Shown here: positions 23,021-33,163 of the stretch, piece after piece
How positions within the stretch are numbered: the stretch's first letter is position 1
Layout of the letters: every line of letters starts with the position of its first letter
Origin: Macrostomum lignano
Lineage: Eukaryota
Assembly (NCBI GenBank): GCA_002269645.1
Contig: NIVC01001003.1
Coordinates: forward strand, 1-64,000
Length of the DNA: 64,000 nt
Direction: 5' to 3'
Program-made: the position numbers and the translations under genes
The notes under the pieces: model-generated
Seen by the model: only the letters and a program-made list of their open reading frames with translations
What the model was told of the DNA's origin: nothing
Database searches by the model: none

Positions 23021-23912
23021 ACTCAGGGAGAGGAAGGGGCGTGAGAGTAGAGACGGGGGGGAGAGTAGAGACGGGGGGAGAGTAGAGACGGGGGGAGAGT
23101 AGAGACGGGGGGGAGAGTAGAGACGGGGGGAGAGTAGAGACGGGAAGGGAGAGTAGAGACGGGGAGAGAGAGTAGAGACGGGGAGGGAGAGTAGAGACGG
23201 GAGGGAAAGTAGAGACTGGAGAGTAGAGAGTAGTTCCCCAGAGTAGACTGGGGAATGAGAGTAGAGGCGGGGAGGGAGAGCAGAGACAAGGAGTGAGAGC
23301 AGAAACAAGGAGTGAGAGCAGAGACAAGGAGTGAGAGTAGAGACGGGGAGTGAGAGCAGAAACAAGGAGTGAGAGTAGAGACCAGGAGTGAGAGTAGAGA
23401 CCAGGAGTGAGAGTAGAGATCAGGAGTGAGAGTAGAGACTAGGAGTGAGAGTAGAGACTAGGAGTGAGAGTAGAGACGGGGAGTGAGAGCAGAAACAAGG
23501 AGTGAGAGTAGAGAACAGGAGTGAGAGTAGAGACCAGGAGTGAGAGTAGAGATCAGGAGTGAGAGTAGAGACTAGGAGTGAGAGTAGAGACTAGGAGTGA
23601 GAGTAGAGACGGGGAGTGAGAGCAGAAACAAGGAGTGAGAGTAGAGACTAGGAGTGAGAGTAGAGACCAGGAGTGAGAGTAGAGACCAGGAGTGAGAGTA
23701 GAGACCAGGAGTGAGAGTAGAGACCAGGAGTGAGAGTAGAGACCAGGAGTGAGAGTAGAGACCAGGAGTGAGAGTAGAGACCAGGAGTGAGAGTAGAGAC
23801 CAGGAGTGAGAGTAGAGACCAGGAGTGAGAGTAGAGACAAGGAGTGAGAGTAGACACCAAGAGTGAGAGTAGACGCCAGGAGTGAGAGTAGAGGAAGAGG
23901 TGAGACGGATCT
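23021..23912. repeat. Purine-rich minisatellite, distal part (GAGTGAGAGTAGAGACCAG)n
   Basis: Directly visible; ends in GAGACGGATCTC, like the intronic array. Confidence 0.9.
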
Positions 23913-24240
23913 CCAACCTACACATTTGGCCGTATGAGGTGAGTTTGAGGTGAAACTCGCCAGTTATTGCTCACTTTATTCATACGGCCAATGGCTTGAT
24001 TTGCATCATGTCTTAATTCAATCCATTGTTAATTGTCGCAGAATAATGATATTCGAAATTCTCAGCTCGTGACTTTGCATTTATGCTCTGAACTTGGAAA
24101 CAATGTATGCTTGGTTGTCAAGGTCTGTTAAAAGTAATACTTGCCTGATCACTTTAATCAAGCTAAAAGTGAGCATCGATATTCTTTCTTTACTAAGATC
24201 CACCAGATAACTTTATGAGCAATGGGGAAAGCAAAGATGC

Positions 24241-24790
24241 AGCCAGTCTCTCCTCTCCCTCCCCAGTCTCTCTTCTCCCTCCCCAGTCTCCCCTCTCCCT
24301 CCTCAGTCTCTCCTCTCCCTCCCCAGTCTCCCCTCTCCCTCCCCAGTCTCTCTTCTCCCTCCCCAGTCTCTTCTCTCCCTTCCCAGTCTCTCTTCTCCCT
24401 CCCCAGTCTCCCCTCTCCCTCCCCAGTCTACCCTCTCCCTCCCCAGTCTCTTCTCTCCCTCCCCAGTCTCTTCTCTCCCTCCTCAGTCTCTCTTCTCCCT
24501 CCCCAGTCTCCCCTCTCCCTCCCCAGTCTACCCTCTCCCTCCCCAGTCTACCCTCTCCCTCCCCAGTCTACCCTCTCCCTCCCCAGTCTACCCTCTCCCT
24601 CCCCAGTCTCTTCTCTCCCTCCCCAGTCTCTTCTCTCCCTCCCCAGTCTCTCTTCTCCCTCCCCAATTTTCCCTGTCCCTCCCCAGTCTACCCTCTCCCT
24701 CCTCAGTCTCCCCTCTCCCTCCCCAGTCTCTTCTCTCCCTCCCCAGTCTCTCTTCTCCCTCCCCAGTCTCTCTTCTCCCTCCCCGGTCTC
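24241..24790. repeat. 20-bp pyrimidine minisatellite (CCCCAGTCTCTTCTCTCCCT)n, an inverted relative of the purine arrays
   Basis: Reverse complement AGGGAGAGAAGAGACTGGGG differs by one base from the AGGGAGAGTAGAGACTGGGG unit. Confidence 0.9.
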
Positions 24791-25284
24791 TCCGTGCCTC
24801 TGGTCTCGTTATGTTCTTTGAAGTCAGATGCACAAACAACTATATTGCTACACTATGTGTAATATTACTGTTAGGGTCGATCTAAAGCGACTAATAATTA
24901 CCATCATCGCATATACGAGCATAATTTACCAATTTTTCGTATTGCTGTCAACTGACTGCGGCTTCTGATCAGGTAATATGGAATTTCCTGGCAAACCCAT
25001 CACTTTGATAACCATCCAGCCATTCGGTGCACTTAATACAGATTCTGCCGGCGCAGCAGTGTCTCCATTAGATTTGACTGATTTATAACTGCTGCCTGTC
25101 ACGCACTCGTTCATTTTATCGCTCAGCCCGTCACTCTTTGATTTGCTTGCCAACTGGCTGGCAACTGTGATTTCTGAGCTCCCAGTAGCCGTCAGTGTTT
25201 GAAAGTGCGGGTTTGTCAATTCTCTACGCTAGTATACAAGCAGAAGCACTCGGTGTGTGCAGTGAGGAAGATATAGAGATAAAA

Positions 25285-25645
<361 letters not shown>

Positions 25646-25907
25646 CATACAGTCATACAGTTTGCTGTTATTTTCGAATGCTTGTCACGGCCTTGGCGCT
25701 ATTTTTGTGGTTTGCATGCCGATGCATTGCAAAGGCCGTTTTGGGATTTCGGGATGTATTTCGAATTCTCTTCGCGCCCTCTGATAAAATTTTAGTTTGT
25801 TTAATTTTCTCGTCAAACCTTGTCGGTTATTGTGATATCAAATATTATTGATAATTGTCTCGATCAGCCTGGTTCCGGAATTATTCGGTACTTTAACCGA
25901 GTTTTGC

Positions 25908-27764
25908 TCAGGTGTAATAGTCGGCCACGCTGTTAATCCAGTCCAGGTAGGCGCTGACCCGGGTGTACACGCCGGGGAAGCCCTCGCGGCCGCAGCCGTA
26001 GCCGTAGGAGATCACGCCGACGGCCAGCCACTGGTCCGGCTGGTTGGCGTTGCGGCACATCAGCGGGCCTCCGCTGTCGAACTGGCAGCTGTCGCGGCCG
26101 CCCTCCTCGACTCCGGCGCAAATCATTTTGTCGGTGATGTCAGCGAAGCTGGCGTACTCGGCCCCGGCGGCGGCGAATTCCTCGGCTATGCCGCGGTAGG
26201 CTGCGGCGCATTCGGCGTGGGAGACAACCGGCACCTCCACATGACGCAGGACAACCGAGTGCTGGGCGCTGGTCTCCGACTCCTGGCCCCAGCCGGCCGT
26301 GTAGCACTGGGTGCCGGGCTCGAAGCGGTCCTGGGTTTGCGACGGAGGGAGGAAAAGTTTGAGTCCATCGAAGCCTAGCAAATTATCACTGAGGATATTT
26401 AAAAGAAGATGTTGTAGAGCGTTGGGGCGTTGCAAAGCATCGCAGAGGACGTTGCAAAGCATCGCAGAGGACGTTGCAAAGCATCGCAGAGGGCGTTGCA
26501 AAGCATCGCGGAGGACGTTGCAAAGCATCGGAGAGGGCGTTGCAAAGCATCATAGAGGGCGTTGCAAAGCATCTCAGAGGGCGTTGCAAAGCATCTCAGA
26601 GGGCGTTGCAAAGCATCGGAGAGGGCGTTGCAAAGCATCATAGAGGGCGTTGCAAAGCATCATAGAGGGCGTTGCAAAGCATCATAGAGGGCGTTGCAAA
26701 GCATCATAGAGGGCGTTGCAAAGCATCATAGAGGGCGTTGCAAAGCATCATAGAGGGCGTTGCAAAGTATCGCAGAGGGCGTTGCAAAGCATCGCACAGG
26801 GCGTTGCAAAGCATCGCACAGGGCGTTGCAAAGCATCGCGGAGGACGTTTCAAAGCATCGCGGAGGACGTTGCAAAGCATCGGAGAGGGCGTTGCAAAGC
26901 ATCATAGAGGGCGTTGCAAAGCATCGCGGAGGACGTTGCAAAGCATCGCAGAGGGCGTTGCAAAGCATCGGGGAGGGAACTGCATCAGCAGTTTCGTCAG
27001 CGTATCAGTTTTCGCAAAGTGTGGTACTTAGTTACCCCCATTGGGCGCTCTCACATTTCGTCCAGGTAGGCAGGCAACGTTCTTGTTCTCGCTTATGGGT
27101 GTCTCCCGGGCGAGCTCCACCAAGGCGATGTCGTTGTAGGAGAGCCGTCTGCCGGGATTGACCAGCACCCTCTGCGCCGGGATGTCCGCATGGCTCGAGT
27201 CGCTGTCCATCGACATGTCGTGCTCGCCGACACGGATCTCCCAGTTTCTTGGGTCGGAGCTGATATTGGGATAGAGAGGACTCTTCTCGAAGCAGTGGGC
27301 GGCGGTCAGCACCCAGCGCGGGTGAATCAAAGTGCCGCCGCACAGGTGCTTGAAGGAACCGTCATTCTGTTTAAAGCGCAGACTCACCTACAGGTAATTT
27401 TTTTAGTTAAATTCCAGGTTAAAGGGATCGTTGGATATTGACCTCTCTACTCAGGTGGGTACACGGGGCCACTTACCAGCCAAGGCCACTGGCCATTGTC
27501 AGACGACTGGCCGCCAACGATTCGCTTTTTGATAGCGGAACGCCGAGCTCGGAGGGAGGCCAGATAGGCGGAATAGACGGCGCTGTACCGGTTGCGACCG
27601 CAATGGGCGCGCAGGACGTGACGGCGACGCTGGCCTGACTGCTCCCGCTGCTGCTCCCGCTGCTGCTCCCGCTGCTGCTCCGAAGCAGTAGCGATGACTA
27701 GAAGCAGACTCGAAATCAGTAGAAAGCTAAGAATACCCCTCATTGGGTTGGCTCGAATGCGCAT
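25908..27764 (-). CDS. Secreted trypsin-family (S1A) serine protease; exons 27764-27477, 27387-27036, 26374-25908
   Basis: Signal peptide, KKR|IVGG activation site, WPWLVSL, CGGTLI..TAAHC (His57), NDIALVEL (Asp102), [12 protein letters not shown] (Asp189, Ser195), PGVYTRV. Junction phases 0 and 1 are compatible. Confidence 0.92.
26420..26980. repeat. 22-bp minisatellite (GTTGCAAAGCATCGCAGAGGGC)n in protease intron 2
   Basis: About 25 units visible. Confidence 0.93.
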
Positions 27765-28349
27765 TGCTAGACAATTTTGCTGTGAAAAACATTTGACATT
27801 GACTGATTGTTCGAGTGTATAAAAGTGCTTAGTGAATAACCAATAGTACTCATACTTTTTTGAGACTCACCTTTCAAATGTTCGCTTGCTGAGTGGTGTT
27901 GCAGGTTTTTGTACGCGAGAATCGAGATTGACAGATATTTATTGAGAGAGAAAGAGGGGGAGAAGATGAGGAGTCCTCCGTCAAGCGGCGGAGCTGGCGT
28001 CAGTTCTGGCGCTACCCCAGCGTTTATCAATGCATCCGGGATCCGACCGAAAGTTAGGGGGGGGGAGTTGCAAATATCCTCAAACAGACGCTGGCCAATT
28101 GCAAACGAGTACAAAAACTAGACATAAAACTCAAATATTGTGTAGTTTTTTGGAGGCTAACTTCCTAGAAAAAAAGAGACACTGCAAAGATAGGAAACAA
28201 TCCTTTCTTCATCGCAAGATCCATGATTGCATTTGCCATTTCTTCCATTTAGGAAGCACAAAATGTTACTCTGGTGTGTTTTATCTGGTTGTGTAGTGAA
28301 ATTTTCCTTTTCATGTTGTTTCACAAAGATCATTTGCTTTTGGAGAAGA

Positions 28350-28692
28350 GGGGACTGTAGTTAAGTGCTCAGAGCGTCGGACTCACGACTTGAAAGTCGG
28401 GGGTTCGATCCCCGATCCCACTCGGAACTATTTGTGTCCTTGAGCAAGACACTTAACTCTGCATTGCTTCAGTTCTCCCAGCTGTAAAATGGGGGCCAGC
28501 ATTAGCTGGGGTAATTGAGGCTGTGTGTGGCGACCCCCCAGTCCTTGGACTGAACAGCCGTACGCAGCCTTCAGATGCGCCGCGCAATGGCTGCGGCTGA
28601 GCTGTCGGCACGGACTACTTATCTACTAGTGGTCCTTGGCTGTCGGTTGCTCATCTGGCCATTAGGGCAGGTGTAATAAAATATTATAATAA
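28350..28692 (+). mobile_element. tRNA-derived SINE
   Basis: tRNA-like head with B box GGTTCGATCC, then TGTGTCCTTGAGCAAGACACTTAACTC, CAGCTGTAAAATGGG and an AT-rich tail. A second, diverged copy lies at ~48045-48337 on the minus strand. Confidence 0.8.
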
Positions 28693-29311
28693 CTAATTTT
28701 ATCTATCTCCGCAGTGCATTCTTTCCAAGAAATAGGCCTCCTAAAAAATTGCACGATCTTTGAGTTTTACGTCCTGCTCTGCTTCAGCGGACCTTGCTTA
28801 TCAGGTGATGGAAACAAGTAATTTCTATTTATTGCACGACGCGCCAAACCCAGTAGGAGTAGGAGAAACATTCGCTATAAATTTTCTGCCAAGTCGTGCA
28901 AATTAATCTGCTGTCAATTTCCCTGCCATATTACCGCTTCTGAAACTTCCTTCCGTGAAGTCTGAGCTGCGATAGTGCCCCTACCCCCCCCCCGGGCAAA
29001 GTGGAAAATTTCTCCCCAGAACCCATCAGTGAACTTACGAGTATTTTAACATAGGGGTTGAAAGTGCATCAGTTACTTCAAGTGGGTCACTGCTCTCATT
29101 TATTGTATGACAGCAGCTGAGCGAAGGCAATCATCCCTCAGGGGAATCTCCACCCCACTCTAGAGCTCTCTATTCTCATTATCGTTTCGCAGTTTGCCTC
29201 CTACTCTCCTACGAAGCGGTATTAAAGTACTGATACTGCATCCGCTACATCCTCTGGACCCAGCTGGAGTCATTGGCAATGCTGCTTTAACTTTTCAAAT
29301 TATCCCTATTC

Positions 29312-29575
29312 TCCAGTCTCCCTCCCTCAGTCTACATCCCTCAGTCTCCCTCACTCAGTCTCCCTCCCTCAGTCTCCCTCACTTAGTCTCCCTCCCTCAG
29401 TCTCCCTCACTTAGTCTCCCTCCCTCAGTCTCCCTCCCTCAGTCTCCCTCCCTCAGTCTCCCTTCCTCAGTCTCCCTCCCTCAGTCTCCATCCCTCAGTC
29501 TCCATCCCTCAGTCTCCATCCCTCAGTCTCCCTCCCTCAGTCTCCCTCCCTCAGTCTCCCTCCCTCAGTCTCCTG
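29312..29575. repeat. 14-bp pyrimidine minisatellite (CAGTCTCCCTCCCT)n
   Basis: Directly visible. Confidence 0.9.
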
Positions 29576-29989
29576 TCTGTTCTGGCCATACCCTACTCAT
29601 ATTTTCATAACATATACCTTCCGAACTCTGCACCAGCACCGGTTGGAGGTCATGGACACTGTCTGCGATCTGATGCCTTATGGAAGTAGATTTTGCTTGG
29701 GGCAAAATCTGCGATGAAGCTCCGGCGCTGATAGATGGAGAGCTTTGAAAGCGGGGCCGGATAGCTTGCCTCAAGAGCAGCGATGCTCTCGGTGCACGCG
29801 ATTAGCGAGACGAGAGGCTGTGAGAAAAATCTCCCAAGGGGATGATTTAATCCTCAATGTAGCGGATAGGGCGATGCTGCCCCATTGCGCTGCGGCTTGC
29901 TTTTCGACTGATATTGGGGTGCTTTTATCGGGCCGGGTGCTGGCTCGGAAGACTTTTTCTCCTTTGACAGCATTCTTGTTTTGGTTTCC

Positions 29990-30440
29990 ATTGGCGCCTC
30001 TGTCACTCATTTTGGCGCCATGGTCACTCATTTTAGCGCCTAGGTCGCTCATTTTGGCGCCTCTGTCACTCATTTTGGCGCCATGGTCACTCATTTTAGC
30101 GCCTAGGTCGCTCATTTTGGCGCCTCGGTCACTCATTTTGGCGCCTCTGTCACTCATTTTGGCGCCATGGTCACTCATTTTAGCGCCTAGGTCGCTCATT
30201 TTGGCGCCTCTGTCACTCATTTTGGCGCCATGGTCACTCATTTTAGTGCCTAGGTCGCTCATTTTGGCGCCTCTGTCACTCATTTTGGCGCCTCTGTCAC
30301 TGATTTTGGCGCCTCTGTCACTGATTTTGGCGCCTCTGTCACTCATTTTGGCGCCTCTGTCACTGATTTTGGCGCCTCTGTCGCTCATTTTGGCGCCTCT
30401 GTCACTGATTTTGGCGCCTCTGTCGCTCTGTCTCATTTTG
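29990..30440. repeat. 21-bp minisatellite (TTTTGGCGCCTCTGTCACTCA)n
   Basis: Reverse complement shares GGCGCCAAAATGAGTG with the MITE-internal array. Confidence 0.92.
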
Positions 30441-30827
30441 GCTACTTAAATTTCAGCTTCAGATTACATTTTATCCGTTCCTGATCAAAGCAAACTTCAA
30501 GTCCCTTTGATCTTGCCGAAAGTCAAGAGTAGCGCAAATTGAGTTCAATCAGTTGATTGGTCTGTGAGAGTTGCATTGGTTGTCTGCAGGTCAAACTGGT
30601 TGAAGATGAAAGCAGCGCCTAAAAACTACAGTTAAACCTGCTATCAACTTTGCACGAGCAATATCGATACATGAATCACGATACTTCAACTGTGGGTTTT
30701 AAGCGTTGCCGTGCGCCCAAGTTTTGCTACAGATCACGCCGAGCAGATTTTGCTTGCAAAAATATCAGAAAAAGAAACGAAAAAAATTAGACGGGCTGAT
30801 AACTGAGGGAGGCAACCTGAAGAGGTA

Positions 30828-31390
30828 GGTAGATAGAGATAGATCTCTAGATAGATGCCTAGATAGATGTGTATATAGATCTCTAGATAGATGCCTAGAT
30901 AGATGTGTATATAGATCTATAGATAGATGTCTAGATAGATCTCTAGATAGATGTCTAGATAGATGCCTAGATAGATGTGTATATAGATCTCTAGATAGAT
31001 GCCTAGATAGATGTGTATATAGATCTATAGATAGATGTCTAGATAGATCTCTAGATAGATGTCTAGATAGATCTCTAGATAGATCTCTAGATAAATCTAT
31101 AGATAGATGTCTAGATAGATCGCTAATAGATCTCTAGATAGATCTCTAGATAAATCTATAGATAGATGTCAAGATAGATCTCTAGATAGATGCCTAGATA
31201 GATCTCTAGATAGATATCAAGATAGATGCCTAGATAGATCTCTAATAGATCTCCAATAGATATCTAGGTAGATGTCAATATAGATCTCTAATAGATATCT
31301 AGATAGATGTCAAGATAGATCTCTAGATAGATGCCTAGATAAATCTCTAGATAGAACTCTAGACATCTCTAGATAGATCCCTCTAGATCC
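30828..31390. repeat. TAGA-derived compound repeat (TAGATAGATCTC / TAGATAGATGTC)
   Basis: Directly visible; rich in TCTAGA and AGATCT. Confidence 0.9.
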
Positions 31391-31984
31391 AGCCGGATCC
31401 TCCGCCATGAAAGCAGAACTGCCCCCACAGCGCCACTCAGACAGCTCGGAGCATCAAAATTATTTGAGGAGATTTCTCCAGCGGAGGTGGGAAATTGACA
31501 TGGCGAAAAATCGGATTCCGGCATAAAAGGCGAATTTCTCTTTCCGATGAAGCATCCGTGCGAAGACGGAGGTGCAAAAATTGGGGTACAATTGGCACCC
31601 GCGAGAAATGAATGAATGTACTTTTGCAGCAATCGAAATTGCGGATTCCCCGTGTTTGATTTTTTTTCCGCTTCTGTTCGAGTGGCGCCGGCGATGGCTT
31701 GGCGGATCTTTCCCGCTAACTTTATGACACCTGCCAATCTTCATTTTATGACCCCCTTGGGCGCTTATTTGCAACCCCTGGCAGCGCCTTCCTGTCTGAG
31801 TCCGACCGTGTTAACCGCGTGCTCGGGTTGAGTTTCATCTGCAGAGATACGAGTATGCTCTGCCGTTGGTTGAGTCACTCTGCATCCTGAGCCTCAATTC
31901 TACTGCCTCCCCTCTCTGCTTCTCACTACACCCTAATTCTCCCGAATCCCACTCACCATTCCTCAGTCAGCCCTCTTTCAGTCT

Positions 31985-32250
31985 CATTTGGAGCCATTTC
32001 AGCGCTCCCGTTGCCATTTGGCGCCATTTCAGCGCTCCCATTGCCATTTGGCGCCATTTCAGCGCTCCCGTTGCCATTTGTCGCCATTTTAGCGCTCCAG
32101 TTGCCATTTGGCGCCATTTCAGCGCTCCCGTTGCCATTTGGCGCCATTTCAGAGCTCCAGTTGCCATTCATTTGGCGCCATTTCAGAGCTCAGATTGCCA
32201 CTCATTTGGCGCCATTTCAGAGCTCCCGTTGCCAGTCATTTGGCGCCCCA
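31985..32250. repeat. 30-bp minisatellite (CATTTGGCGCCATTTCAGCGCTCCCGTTGC)n
   Basis: About 8 units visible. Confidence 0.88.
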
Positions 32251-33163
32251 GATGACGCATCTAGCTTCAACCCCATAGCTCGATCAGAAAGAAAACAAAG
32301 GCTAGCTCACATGAAATTAAATTAAAACTGCCATCTATACATGCATATATTATATTGCTCCCACAGTCATCTGGCAAAATTCGCGCTAGAAGCAAATTTA
32401 TTGCTATCTAAGTCCCATGTCCCATGTCATAAATTCTAAAGAATTCAGCTACTGTGGGATTAATTCAAGTCATGTTTTTCTTCCTCTGTAATTATTGCCC
32501 TCACTCAGAGTGTTGCAGAACTTCCAATTTATTTATAAATTTATCATAAATTGTATATGATAAATCTTTTTTCAAAAAAATGAAAAAAATGTTTTACGAG
32601 CTAATATTGGACAGAAACTCTCCCTCCATGCAGGTAGCAATTCAAAGGTGAATTTTTGTCTTCTTGTGTCTGCGTCTGTATATTTACAATACAAGCAAAT
32701 ATATATAATTAACAGAAATTATGCTGAAGAATATAATACAGAATGAACAATTTGAATATTGCTAATAGAAAGAACTTAGTACGAGCGTAATTGTGTTGCT
32801 AAATATTCAATAAATTAAATAATAATTAGTGATTAAAAAATTGTGAGAGGGTGCTTGAGTTGTAAATAGTAGTATTACTATTTTTCTGATTTTGTTAATA
32901 TTGAAGATAAAAAAGAAAAACGTATGAACAGATCCGACTACTCATTTGGAAGACTCAAGTAGCCAGTAGGGGACATTATTTAAACAAATGTGTAGCAACG
33001 AGGCAGGATGTGACGGCGGGTTCCTTTAAAAAAAGAATTTGACTTCAGGATTCAGTTCGATAAAAAAAGGGATAAGAAAAAAATAGTTAAATATACATAG
33101 CGCTAACATTTCCAATCCGCAACCGCTTACTACTGACGGTAAGTAGTAGATAAGCGTCGGGCG

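Noticed and set aside
13810-24862. Very long Ser/Leu/Pro-rich ORFs (up to 770 aa)
   Set aside because: Translations of purine/pyrimidine minisatellites, which lack stop codons on the pyrimidine strand.
28350-28425. Possible tRNA gene
   Set aside because: The tRNA-like head continues into a shared SINE body present twice, and no convincing cloverleaf is evident.
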